In this document: positions 13,201 to 25,600 of the stretch, in pieces | How positions within the stretch are numbered: position 1 is the stretch's first letter | Layout: each line of letters begins with the position of its first letter | From: Trypethelium eluteriae | Lineage: Eukaryota | DNA length: 48,478 nt | Direction of reading: 5' to 3' | Assembly (NCBI GenBank): GCA_051942245.1 | Contig: JAVECL010000123.1 | Coordinates: 1 to 48,478 of the forward strand | Made by a program: the position numbers and the translations under genes | The notes under the pieces: model-generated | Seen by the model: the letters and a program-made list of their open reading frames with translations, nothing else | What the model was told of the DNA's origin: nothing | Databases searched by the model: none

Positions 13201-14757
13201 CACTACTCTGGCCAAAAGCTGGAGCTGCAGGCTTGGACATTGACCCTCCAAAAGCGCTTCGTGTAGTAGAGCCTGCAGGAGACGCCGCTGTCTGGATAGC
13301 CGCTTGTGGTCCACTAGTCACCGTTACCAATCCAGGATAGGCGATGCCTTGTCGCACGGAGTCATTGTACACGATCCACCATGCCGATAGCAAGCCTTCG
13401 TTGTTGAGAACCATTAACGCAGGCAAGGGAGTTGTTGACTCTTCTAGTTCATCACCTGGTATTGGCCGCTTGACCATATCTCGGCTTGAAAGGTCGATCG
13501 TGACCCCTATTGGAGAGGTATCACTCATGTCCTCACTATAAGGGAGTTGTGCTCGACGATGATCAAGCGCCAAGCCAGTGGACGTGTATGTGTTTGTAAT
13601 TTTTTCCGCAGGTACCTCACTTACAAGAGGCTTCTCGGATTTTGTGAAAAGACCAATGTCAGGTGAGCAGGTGGAGGCGATAATTAAACAGTCTGAAAGA
13701 TCCGAAAAGCCATACAGACGATTGATGAAATGGGAAGGGGGTGAGCGATTTAGTCCAAACGGAGGGCTTGGGTCAAGAAGCTTCTGGAAAATATAGGTTG
13801 AGCTTTCCTTATCCCTTGTGACGAGCTGGAATATTGACTCGGGTGCAGTTTCGTACGCTGGAGCAGTTGGAGTGTATACGATGAGAAACTCGTCGTTAGA
13901 GAGCCATGAAATCGTAGAGACTTTGCCATTGATTAGCATTCAAGCAACTCTGTTCGTTTGTAGCACATACCATGTTTATCCCCCTCCAAGTTCGTTGGTC
14001 TTGGTATTTCTGCCTTGACAACGCCATCCGGCGTCATCTGGACAGCCGTGCCGTTCCCCAGACCCACGACCAGCTGTTTCCCCTTCCTGCTCCAGGAGAC
14101 ACAGCTCGCGCCATCTTTAATAACCGGCCCCTGAGGACCATTGATGAGTTGCTTGTCATTCAAATTAGCGAGCATTAATTGGCCTTTCGTCGTGATGATA
14201 GAGAAGAAATAGGCAAAGTCTGCTGCAGGGTTGGGCACCAAAGCTCGCACGGAGATTCCATTTGTCCCGATTTGAGAAGACGGCTGTTTGTTACCCTGCA
14301 TGATTTCTGATACGTTGTAAATCGCGAATCCACCTCCACTTTCTGCGGATATAACAAGGAAATTCTCATCGGCAGAGAATGCGACTTGGGAGAGGCGAGG
14401 CACGTCGATACTCAACTGCGGAGTAAAGCTCTTGTTCTTGCCACCTTCCTCACTGTTGAAAGCTTGCCGCACAGAAACCGTAGAGGCAATGACTAGCTGC
14501 TCTGGCCCAGCAGCCGCGAGCAGGCCCTTTCCTGAAGCGATACTGAGGAGAGATGAAGTGGGTTCCGGAAGGGCGTTGGAGGGCCATGGTGAAGGCAACA
14601 ACCGGACTTTTGACTCTCCAGAAAGCGCAGAGAAGCCAAGTGCCTGTTGAAAAAAGAAGTTACATTAGTATTGTTCGGTAAAGGGTGTAGGAAGGCGCTG
14701 GCATACCTCTGTTTGTATGTCCTCGAGGTCCTGACCAATCTGCATTTGCGCATTCAT
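10250..14757 (-). CDS. NUP159: Nucleoporin Nup159/Nup146/NUP214
   Basis: ATG at 14757 (MNAQMQIGQDLEDIQTE). Introns about 14644-14706 and 13921-13970. N-terminal beta-propeller-like region, central FG repeats (PAFGQ, SFGQPS), Pro/Ser-rich linker and C-terminal coiled coil. Confidence 0.9.
12990..13130 (-). repeat. Tandem FG-repeat coding segment of NUP159
   Basis: AFGKPAFGQSSFGQPSFGQPAFGQPSQPTSSFGQPSQQKPSFG, with roughly 15-nt periodicity. Confidence 0.85.
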
Positions 14758-15062
14758 ATTGCCTCTTCAAGCGCCTCCGCCACGCGGAAGACTTCTTCGA
14801 TACACCTCTTGAATGCTCTGGCGAAAAGTGTGCTGCTTCAATAAAGCATGCTGACTTGTTACGGAACCTCAAGAATCTTGAGGAAAATCGCCAGCGGAAT
14901 GACAGGCAAGTGCAGTGTCTGCGCGGAAATTTGTATGATGTGGAATAACTTCCTAGGATGTGGAGGATGAAGCTGGCGAGTTCGGTAAATAATGTAGTGA
15001 GCTTCAGAAGGCAATCGAGGGCGCCTGCTAATCAGACGTTGTTGTGTTGTGTGGTGAAGCGC

Positions 15063-15068
15063 GGAGCT
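15063..15068 (+). promoter_or_regulatory. GGAGCT, candidate Rpn4-type proteasome element
   Basis: Hexamer about 260 bp upstream of the PUP1 ATG. From memory, this motif was reported upstream of proteasome genes in filamentous ascomycetes. A single hexamer could be chance. Confidence 0.3.
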
Positions 15069-15321
15069 CTCCACGTCTCGCCGCGTCTGCGCCGATGCCT
15101 GCGCCTGCGAAGCTCTGCCGTGAGTAGCCACTGTAGCTAGGCACGATCTGACCACACCTTCGTCAGTCATCACCATCTACTCCCATTCCATACCCTCTCG
15201 CTACCAGCCAGTGTAGTTTCAGTCCTTGATCGAGGCGACTGTCCAGGAACCTTGCTTTTGTCAAGAGCCGAGTGTCTGGCGATACCTCTGCAGACCTGAG
15301 CGAACCTCATACGACACTACC

Positions 15322-16207
15322 ATGCCAGGCTTCGACTTTTCCAACCATAATCGCAATGTCGCTCTTCATGCACAAGGCGTACCTCTCCCAAAGGCTACAA
15401 GCACTGGTACTACAATAGTAGGCTGCCTCTACGATGGAGGTGTTGTGATAGCAGCGGACACAAGAGCAACCAGCGGCCCCATAGTAGCAGACAAGGTAGC
15501 TCCAGCCTTACCGTACAAGCGACTGCCTCGACTAATTAGATTACCTCCAGAACTGTGAAAAGCTGCACTACATATCTCCTCAAATTTGGTGCGCAGGTGC
15601 CGGAACCGCTGCAGACACCGAGTTCACGACCGCCCTCATCTCTTCCAATCTCGAGCTGCACTCTCTTTCGACAGGCCGTAAACCACGTGTAGTAACATGT
15701 ATGACAATGCTGAAGCAACATCTCTTTCGATACCAGGGCCACATTGGGGCATATCTAGTAGTTGCGGGTGTTGATCCTACCGGCGCCCATCTTTTCACCG
15801 TTCACGCCCACGGTAGCACCGATAAGCTCCCGTACGTCACCATGGGCTCCGGCTCCCTTGCCGCCATGTCGGTTTTCGAGACGCAATGGAAGCCCGGCAT
15901 GACGCGCGATGAAGCTGTCAAGCTTGCCTCAGACGCTATCCAGGCCGGTATCTTCAACGACTTGGGTTCAGGCTCGAATGTCGATGTGTGCGTAATTACG
16001 AACGAGAAAGCGACTTTGATGAGGAACTACATTAAGCCGAATGTACGAGAGCAAAAGGAGCGGAATTATCGGTTCCCAAGAGGTACGACGGCAGTGCTGA
16101 ACGAGAAAGTGATTACCAAAGAGGATTTGAGCAAGTATATCACAGTGCACGAGATTCGGGATGACGATCAGGGGCAAGCTGCGGAGCAGATGGATGTTGA
16201 TTCATAG
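15322..16207 (+). CDS. PUP1: 20S proteasome subunit beta-2 (trypsin-like)
   Basis: [12 protein letters not shown]...[10 protein letters not shown] (propeptide and catalytic Thr1), [32 protein letters not shown]. Intron 15496-15550. Confidence 0.97.
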
Positions 16208-16342
16208 AGCAGACTACGTGAGTTCGTGCATGTAATATAAACCGGTTGTAAAGGATGTTAACGGGAGCCTAATCGCTGGATTGGAGGAACAATGTAGATT
16301 TAAGTGAATCAACTTCTACACCCTTGTCTTCTTCAAGACGTC

Positions 16343-18433
16343 TTAACATTTCATATTGAACCCATGCCTCATTTCCTCCTCCCTAATCTCAAACATGACC
16401 TGCGCTCCCGTGAACAGAGCACAACATGCGCCAGCCAGGAACACCACCCCATTCCACGTCCCCGCAATCCCCTGTATCAACCCCTTCAACCCATCCAATC
16501 CTACCGCGAACCCCACCAGATTTGCAGCCATCATCATTAAAATATTCCCCACTGCACCCAATCCACAAAGCCACCGATACAGATCCGGACGATCCCTAAA
16601 CTTCTTCTTCGGAAACAGCTTCGTCGCCAGCACCTCCGGCAGTATAAACAACAAAATCAGCCAACCCCACATCAACAGCCTCAGTTGGATATCATGCCAC
16701 AGCGCCACAAACGTAAACACCGCAACGAAGTTCCCGCCCGCCCTAAGCATGACCCACGTCTGACTCTCTCCCGCGGTCGCGCGACTGCCCCCCAGCGGCA
16801 CAAAGATATACCGCACGGTCCAGCGATTGAAGCTGCGATGCCAGCTGCGCCAGAAGGCGAAGGCGGAGTAGTTATCGCTCATGCAGCGGACCATGTTCTC
16901 CGGGGGATCGATACCGTCGCAGAGGGCCCAGAAGCGGAAGAAGCGCCAGGGGATGAGGAGCTTGAGCCAGATGATGTGGAGATTGAAGAAGGCGAGCATG
17001 GAGAGCTGAAAGGGCGTGTACGAGGTCCAGTCTGGAGAGGCTTTGGAGATGGCGACGGCATAGATGAAGTGGAGGACGAGCTCCATGGTGAGGAGGGTGA
17101 GGAGGAAGCGGAGGCCGTAGAGGAGGGTGCGGTGGGTGGTGATGCTGGGGAGGGGATACCGGATTTGTGAGATGTGGTCGTTGAAGGTGAGGATGGGGCC
17201 GGCGATGTAGAGGGGGGAGTAGAGCGTATAAGCTACATAGTTGCGGAAGGTGTAGTCGCCCGGTTTGGCGGGCATGGAGACGCGGTCGCGCTCGGACAAG
17301 GAGGACGGATCGAGCTGCTTCTTCTTGGGGGCGTTAGTGGAATGCTACTAGGGAAGGAAGGAAAGGCAATTTACCTCGAGAGGACTAGAAGCACGTTTGT
17401 CGAGACTCCAGTAATGATCGAAGTTGAAGCTGATTAGGCGGAGAACTGTGATTTTGAATAGCACTTCCCAGCGTGGGACGATACCACCGTAGCTGTCCAG
17501 CCATCTGCTCAGAGCCATAGCTGCAGAAGGCCCTTTTGCCTCACTCGATGCTTGTGAGGGAGGGAATAGCGCCAGCAGACTCTCAAAAGGATAACCGCGG
17601 GACAATTCATTAGCGAATAAGATGCTGATGTTGAAAAGCCAAGTAGCCACAGGAACGTATTTTTTGGGCACGTCTTTGGCTATTTTGAAATTGATGTAAA
17701 GAATCAGTAGTATTTTGAGCGCTGAAACGCCATGTAAGGCCGATATGAATACAAGCGCGAAATAGAAATCAAACGTGATACGCTGTTCCATCCTGGCGTC
17801 TGCGGCGGCAGCTGCACTCAATCCTTGAGTAAGGCCACGGTCGTCTCCCGGAACGACTCGAATTTGAGTATAAGTATTAGAACGCCAGAGGGAGTCATAA
17901 AGCCTTCGTAGTATAGGGTGTAATATTAGTACAATGGCCATGTAAGGTATATTGTCCCGAAAGGACGCATATTGGGCATCTGAGTTGTCCTGGGTCTATG
18001 TTAGACTAGAGCAAACAACACTCAAGCGCTTGTGTTTGACTAACGACTTTACGGCCTGGGATCCATCCAGGAGAAAGTAGAGGTTCGAAGATTGGATAAC
18101 GTGGATCAGACGCTACGTGAGCATCAGCATGTATTTAGCTAAATGGGGATTCTTCGAGCAACCTTTGGAAACAACATATGGAGTATAGAACATCAATGGA
18201 ATACAGATGATGAAAATTAGATAGTGATAGTAAAATTCCAGAGTTCCCCATTTTGAGGGTCGGGTTCCATGTGGGGGAAACGACGCCTTTCTGTCATCTT
18301 GTCTACTTTTGAGCTCCTCAGGAGAGGGTTTAGCTGGATCAATCTTTAGCTCGTTCAATGTCTGTTTTGGGAGGAAACGCGCATCGAGGGTATCAAGTGA
18401 ATAAAGCTTCTTCAGATGATACAGCCATGACAT
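16343..18433 (-). CDS. GUP1: MBOAT-family O-acyltransferase Gup1 (glycerol uptake protein)
   Basis: MSWLYHLKKLYSLDTLDARF, GRKV|DNSDAQYASFRDNIPY, ITVLRLISFNFD, FWRSWHRSFNRW, FVALWHD. Introns about 18113-18162, 17990-18044 and 17324-17374. Confidence 0.93.
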
Positions 18434-18720
18434 CTCGAACCTCTCTGAGCATGGCGAGCTTGAAAGTACTGAGTTATTCCGGTGTCGAAGATGCACTCCG
18501 TGCTGGGCAGGACTCGCGTTGGCCCAAGCGCGTGTTTTCGAGAGTCGCGCATCATGGCATCGAGCTCTTCAGGGCCTTCCTACTTTCCGTGATCGAGCCA
18601 GAATTTACCAAAGGACAGATGCGCGGCCTCTCCACGTACTTTATTGACCGTCTCTGGGCCACTGTGCCTATTCACCAGTAGTCAAAAACGAGAGCGCACA
18701 CTTCTTGAGCACCTTACAGC

Positions 18721-20396
18721 ATGGCAACCGCTCCAGCGTCCTCCATGCCACCCGTCCCATCCACAGCTGAGTACGGAGGAGGTAAGCTACCTTTGTAATG
18801 CCGCTTGTTTGAATGCGAGCTTTAATACGGAATTCCCTTATGCTTGACTTTCGCATATTAAAAAGCACCCGTTGGCTAACATTTTGGGAGACGAGGTTTC
18901 TGCCCTTGTCCTTGACCCAGGCTATTCCACTACTCGCGCCGGCTTTGCTGGCGAAGATGTACCCAAATCAGTCGTACCTACATATTATGGAAAGCATGGG
19001 TCTGAGTCAAGCAAGTTCAAGCTGTTCTTCGGCGACAATTCCATACACAACCCTGCCGCCGATTTTTACATACACAATCCCATGTCGTCAGACTCTACCG
19101 TTGAGGATTGGGAAGTTGCAAAACAGCTATGGGAATACTCCATCGTATCAAGACTAACAGGCCAGCGACCTGGCGATCCATCGAAGAATGGCCTAAACGA
19201 TGCACAAGAAGGCGACGTCAAAATGGAGGACGTAGAGGAGTTCGAGAGGCCTCTTGCTGAATCGCCGCTCCTCATGACAGAACCTGCATGGAACCCGCCA
19301 AAGTCAAGAGAAAAGGCCATTGAAATTGCTATGGAGGAATGGGGAGCTCCGGCCTTTTTCATGGTCAAGGATGGCGTATCGGCTGCGTAGGTGGGACTCC
19401 AAGGATTTACACGAGGAATTGACACTAAATTGGTATTTAGGTTCTCTGCAGGCAAGCCAACAGCACTGGTCATTGATATTGGTGCAGCGACCACCAAGGT
19501 CACACCTGTAGTTGACGGTATCGTTCTTAAGAAAGGTTTTCCCCCTGATATCCCATAGTCTCACGTCCCAAGTAGCTGAAATCTGGCAGGCGTTCAAAAG
19601 TCTCCCTTTGCAGGAAATTTCGTCTCTCAACAAATCCGCAACATCTTCTCGACTTCTCAACCAACAGTTCCTCTTGTTCCCCACTATATGGTTCAGGCCA
19701 AAGTCCCGGTCGACGCTGGCCAACCGTCCCAAGCAACATATAAGTCCTTTGCGAACCCCCCACCCGACTCTTTTCGCAGACTCCAAGAAGATCGCGTACT
19801 CCTCGAATTCAAGGAAAGCGTTGTGCAAGTCTGGCCGGGTGGCAGTCGTTTCAATGAGGATCAAGTCCGACAATCAGGAGTTGGCGGACGTCCATTCGAG
19901 ATGCCAGATGGCTGGAATCAAGTTTTTGGTCCCGAGCGATTCAAGGCTACAGAGGGTCTTTTCGATGCCAAACAAGCCGTACCCGGGCCGGAGGGGAGCT
20001 CTGACAACAGGCCGAAGCCTGATCAGACAATCCCAGCGATGATTCAGAATGCGTTGGCTGCAGTGGACGTGGACTCGAAACCACATATGCTGAATAATGT
20101 CGTAGTCACGGGTAGCTCCAGCTTGCTCTACGGCTTCACGGACAGAATCAATGCTGAACTCCAAGCACTTTTTCCGAGTCCGAGGGTCAGGCTATCTGCT
20201 CCTTCGAACACGGCGGAGAGGAAATTTGCTCCTTGGATCGGAGGAAGTATCTTGGCATCTCTTGGGAGCTTCCATCAGATGTGGGTGAGCAAGTCCGAGT
20301 TTGCTGAACACGGAAGGTATGAGCTTCTATTTTCTCGCTTTTCTTATGGAATAATAACCCATGTGTAGCGACATTGTCCACAAGAGGTGCAAATAG
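18721..20396 (+). CDS. ARP4: Actin-related protein 4 (NuA4/INO80/SWR1 subunit)
   Basis: [63 protein letters not shown]. Introns 18782-18890, 19387-19440, 19536-19589 and 20317-20368. Ends in HKRCK*. Confidence 0.93.
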
Positions 20397-20490
20397 GGCA
20401 CGTCCGAACCCAATCAGAAAACGGATGGCGCCGGAGTTTTAGAAGGGTGGCTGGGATATCTAGGTAGTTCTGAACTTTTAACCATTCGAA

Positions 20491-22332
20491 TCATTCTTCA
20501 TCTACCTCGTCTCTTGGGAGCTGAATACCCATTTGTGCAAGCATGTTCCCTGCTGGACCCGACATGCCGCTTTGGGCCTTGAAGGCATCCATCATGTTCT
20601 TCGCCAGATTATAGTCAATATCGTTTTCCTCGGCATCGTCCGACGACTCGTCCATATCCTCATCCTCCTCTTCGGCCTTTTCCAGCTCTTTAATTCGACT
20701 CGACCGCCCATTTCCGTATCCCTTCGAGTTTCCGACTTGTTTCGCATCAGAATCTTGAGGGTTGAGTTTTAGTGCTCCAGCTTTGTTCAGCTCCTTTTCC
20801 ATACCATTCATGATATTCCGCATCTCGTCGTCCTCTTCATCACCTTCGATTAAATCTTCATCCCCAAGCTCCTGGAGTAATTTCTCCATGTCCTTTGCGA
20901 GTGCTTTTGGCCTTTCTTCTGCCGGCATTTGCCTAAATGTTTCCATGCTCTTCTGAAATCTTTCTGAATCAAATGAATCATCAGTTTCACTCCCCCCATC
21001 CGAGGGTTCATCTTCATCGTCATCGTCCATCATATCTCCAGCCCCTTCAACACCCGCCCCCTCATCATCCATAAAATGTTTGAAACTCTTCACGATGTCT
21101 CTCAAATTATTCTGCGCCCCTTTATCCCCCCAATCCTTGCTTTTCTTCCCCTCGAGCTCTTCCTGAAACTCCCGGAAATCAACATCCAACCAAGTCTCGT
21201 CATCCTGCTTCATCTCCCATCCCTTGATCTCCTCGTCATTTGGCAGTTCCTCCTCCCCACTCTCCACATCTTCCAGCAACACCTGCATCTCCTGCACCTT
21301 TTTCCGCCCTCGAAATTGCGCGTCTTGCAACACCATCTCAAAGCCACTCGTCACCTTCATCCCCATCTCCGCCCTTGATAGCGCTTTGGCGTTCTGCTGC
21401 CCCCATTCCGTCTTCTCTTTCCCTGCTGCAGTGAGGATGCTCGGAATCGCGGTAGCCCAGGTTGGGGGCGCAGCGAATTGCTGAGACTGAATTTGCGCAT
21501 ACAAAAATTTGGTGAAACGGACGCTGACAGTGACAAGGTCTCGTGGAGGGAAACGGAGCGTGGATGGGTTGGGATTTTGAAGGTGCTTGAGTGAGATAGG
21601 ATCCCGCAGGTAGAACGCTTCGACTGCCGGTGCGATGTACAACGGATTTTTTCGTAATAGATGAGCAAGCTTGCGGGGAATAGTTACGATGGCACGGTGG
21701 TTGTTGTTCTGGATTTCTTGGGGGTAATTGGACAGACGGCGAAAGGCTTCTGCTTCCATTGAGCGGGAATGGATGAGTTGGAAATAAGGCGATGATATCA
21801 ACGAAAGTGCTTCGGCGGTTGTCAGAGATTTTGGAGCGTGGCTTTCTTGCAATGGGATGACTATCAGCCGGCCACTGTTAATCCATGCCCGGTTTCTGCC
21901 TATCTCCGGGTTGAGCCATTTTGGTAAAGCTTTCGCAGCTTCGATGAAAAGGAACTCGCCCTGAGTATCATAGAGTCTAATCCAAGCGTCTTCAAATTTC
22001 TTGCTAAGTTCACGTAGAATCCATGCGATAAGCCACTCATCCGCGATGCAATCTCCAAAATTTGTTTTGCCTTGTAAGATCCATCTTCCTTCATTATGAA
22101 TTAGGTTCAATGAAAATTCTTCTTCCTGCCAGATGTAATCTTGTGAATATTTTTTTCGTAGTTCTTTTGCCGCACTATTTATCTCCTGTACATGTAAGCG
22201 CTGGTGTGCATTGTCCAATCTTTCATTGATTATGTAGATCGCATATTGAACACAGTCCTCTGGTAAATGGCGTGAGACGCCATTCCAGCGCTCCCTGAAG
22301 GCTTCAAAGTTAGAATCTTCAAAGAAACTCAT
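20491..22332 (-). CDS. SGT1/ecdysoneless (ECD) family protein
   Basis: Intronless 613-aa ORF. Motifs YIWQ, GKTNFGDCIADEW, GEFLFIEAA..LPKWLNPE..NRAWI, FYLRDP and the C-terminal QSGMSGPAGNML are characteristic of the ECD family. Confidence 0.85.
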   Translation of the reverse strand: MSFFEDSNFEAFRERWNGVSRHLPEDCVQYAIYIINERLDNAHQRLHVQEINSAAKELRKKYSQDYIWQEEEFSLNLIHNEGRWILQGKTNFGDCIADEWLIAWILRELSKKFEDAWIRLYDTQGEFLFIEAAKALPKWLNPEIGRNRAWINSGRLIVIPLQESHAPKSLTTAEALSLISSPYFQLIHSRSMEAEAFRRLSNYPQEIQNNNHRAIVTIPRKLAHLLRKNPLYIAPAVEAFYLRDPISLKHLQNPNPSTLRFPPRDLVTVSVRFTKFLYAQIQSQQFAAPPTWATAIPSILTAAGKEKTEWGQQNAKALSRAEMGMKVTSGFEMVLQDAQFRGRKKVQEMQVLLEDVESGEEELPNDEEIKGWEMKQDDETWLDVDFREFQEELEGKKSKDWGDKGAQNNLRDIVKSFKHFMDDEGAGVEGAGDMMDDDDEDEPSDGGSETDDSFDSERFQKSMETFRQMPAEERPKALAKDMEKLLQELGDEDLIEGDEEDDEMRNIMNGMEKELNKAGALKLNPQDSDAKQVGNSKGYGNGRSSRIKELEKAEEEDEDMDESSDDAEENDIDYNLAKNMMDAFKAQSGMSGPAGNMLAQMGIQLPRDEVDEE

Positions 22333-22616
22333 CTCCGGTTATGAAGAAGCTTCAGTATTGGAAAGTTTCAACCCTTCCACTTAGCGAGTGTTCTGAAGAT
22401 GTAAGAGGTGGCGAGCGACGAATGACATCGGAGCGCCAGGATCTTCACTAGCGCGCTCGCTTCAGTTCAGTTCGGGAAGGCTAACCCACCCTGTCTATTG
22501 ACAATCATAAACATTGCCGCGTCTTCTACCAGAATTGAGCATCAATATCCTACAGGAGCCTCTACTTCGCGACGAAGGGCTACTCTCGCTATGAGAACCA
22601 TCTAACTTGTATAGAA

Positions 22617-25600
22617 ATGGCCGCCGACATACCCAGCCCACAGACCGATGTTGGAAACGTAACCCGCCTTACTCAAGCTGACCACGATTTTGACTTCTCC
22701 GCGGTTTCGTATGCGCCCTCGCCCTCCAAAGATCGCAATGATTTATTTAGAAGCTTTGCCGGTGGTCGCGGCGCAAGCTTGAAGACACCACGAACGCGTA
22801 CTGCTCTCGGATCTCGACCAAACCCTTCGACGGTCTTTAGAAATGAGTTCACACCTCTACTCAAAAGCGCCGCAAAAAACCGACAACAGATGATCAATGG
22901 CTTTTCAGACAACAAAGAGAATGCCAATGGCGTCCCGGCGACTCCGGCTGCACTGAAAGCAGGTTACAGATCCCATTCACCCAGCCTACCGCAAATCGAA
23001 CACTCGGGCTTGTATGGTGAGAATACGAGCAGCTCTGCCGGCCAAGATGAACCAACTCCAGTCCCACCCGCTGCTAGTAGCAGTGCCATTTCTACTCCTG
23101 CTGTCGCGCGACCAAAAAATGGAGAAAACGGCATGCTACATGATGGCAACATGCTTACCCTCCGAGAGCAAGAAGCCAAGCTTGTGCAAATTGACAAGGA
23201 AAACTTCGGTCTCAAGTTAAAGATCCATTTCCTCGAGGAAAACTTGAGGCGTAGCGGAAGCGATGTGCAGCAAGCTACCATACAGGAAAATACGGACTTG
23301 AAAGTCAATAGGCAGGAGATGATCAGGGAACTGAAGCAATATAAGAAAAGCCTCGCACTGGTGGAGAAGGAGCTCGAAGAGTACCGGCAGCAGCTACAAG
23401 ATTACGCAGACAAAGTCAAACGGAGGCACGCGGATACAGCCCAGCTAGAGGAGATTGAGCGCCTCAGGAGTGTAGTGCACGAGAAGGAAACCGAAATGAC
23501 GACACTTAAAGAAAGGCTTGAGGAATTTGAAGCCGGAGATGGCCAGACAAATAAGCTCGATGAAGATATCGGAGACCTCCAGGCAGATCTGCGAGAAAGG
23601 GAGAGGCAGTTGGATGAAAAGGAAGAAGAGCTCGAAGATTTGAGAGAAAAGCTTCAATCAACGGAGAATAACGACCAGCAAGTTCAGCACCTCCGTGAGG
23701 ACTTGGATGAGCTAGAGAACGAACTGGCAGAGAAGGACCAAATCCTCGATTCTAAGGATGGAGAGATCGCCCAACTCAAAGAACAGCTTGAGAATGCGCA
23801 GAGGCGAACACAGTCGGCACAGAAGCACCGTGGGGACTTTGGGGGATTGGAAACTAAGATCCGAGAGCAAGAGCAGATTATTGAGGAGAAGGACGAAGAA
23901 ATCCGTGTCCTGCAGATCAAAAACGAAACCGAGCAATCTCAACACGAAGCGAATCAGCGTGCCCATGATGAAGACCTTCAAGACAAAGAGCAACAACTCG
24001 AGGAGAAGATTGGCGACTTGCAAGCTGCTGAGGAGCGCCTGCGTACCGCGCGCGAGCATTGGGACTTTGAAATGCAAGAAACAGAGACCAAGTTGTACGA
24101 GAAGAGCAGATTGGTTGACGAAGCTGAAGCACGTCTGCGAGACAAGGCTCGCGTAGTTGAGGATCAGCGGGACGAGCTCGATTCCTTGCAAAAGAGGCTT
24201 GATGCAGCTGAAGGCAATTTGGACGCCGATGCTCGCAAGAGGAGCAAGATTATTCAGGATCAAGCGGACAAAATCACTGAACTGCAAGAGCAGTTGCGAT
24301 CTGTCAAGGGCGAATATGAGGCTAAGCTGAGGGAGAAGGTATCCCGGGCACAGGAGCAAGCGGATGAGCTGCAAAGTCTTCGCGATAAGTTTAGTTCTAT
24401 CCAGAACGATCAGGAACACGACGCTCGGAAGAGGACTGAGCTGGTACAAAACCTTGAACAGTCATTGAGAGAGAAAACAAAGCTCTCTCAAGATCAAGAG
24501 CAGCTACTCTATAGCTTACAAGCAAAGCTGCGACTAGTCGAGTCTCCCAATTCGGATTTGCGCAAGAAGTCCAAACAGCTTGAGCAGCAAATCGAGTTTG
24601 CGCATGATTTGGAGGGTCAGTTACGGAGCGTCAATGAAGAGCACGAGGAACGCGTTCATGAGCTCGAGCTCCTCCTTGCCGGCGCAAAGAAAGAAGCGTC
24701 TGATCGTGCAAATAAGATCGAGCAACTCCAGGAACGGCTCAAAGCTGCTGAGGCAGACTTTAATGACGACCAACGGCAAAGATCGCTTATCCGGAATGAA
24801 CAAGTTGACGACATTGCCTATCTCCAAGATGAGCTTCGCCGCACCTCAAACAATAAAGACATCGAGCTGGCAAATCTCGAGACTCGTCTTCGGTCAAGCT
24901 TCGACGCCGAAAAGGAAGCCCTCGAAGACGAGATTCTCGTCTTAGAAACTACCCTCGATGAAGCTGCCCGGGAGAAAAGCGCCCTCGAAACCGGAATTCA
25001 ACGACTCGAATACGACCTTAACGCCGCCCACCAAGCCAAAGACACCGGCACCCCAGCACGCGAACGCAACCACCTACGCCAACAACTCCAGGAATCCCAA
25101 GACTCCCAACAAACCCTCCAGGCTCGCATCGCAACCCTCGAGCACGAGCTCTCCATAGCACAACGTAACGCCACCGAACGACAGCGCGACGGCACCCCAG
25201 CACGCGAACGCAATGAACTACGATCTCAGCTTCGCGACACGCAGCTCGAGCTTGAGACACGGCAGCTGCAGATCCGCGACCTAGAAGCCGAGCTCGAGGC
25301 GGCGCGGACCGAGAAGACGATCGCGGAGGAGCGACATGATCTGCACGATCGGCTTAAGGAGGCGACGATCCGAGTTGAGGAGCTGGAGATGGAGATCGGG
25401 GAGCGGGATGCGCGGATCGGGTTATTGGTGAAGAAGGAAGGGGAATTGCGGCAGGAGGTGAAGTATGCGAAGGCGGAGGCGCATGAGTTGAGGAGGGAGG
25501 TGTTGATGGATGGTGGGCAAGCAGAGACGGAGAAAGGAAGAGACGGGACATTGAGGAGAGAGTTGAGGGATAAGTCGCGGGAGTTAGTGAACGTGAGGGT

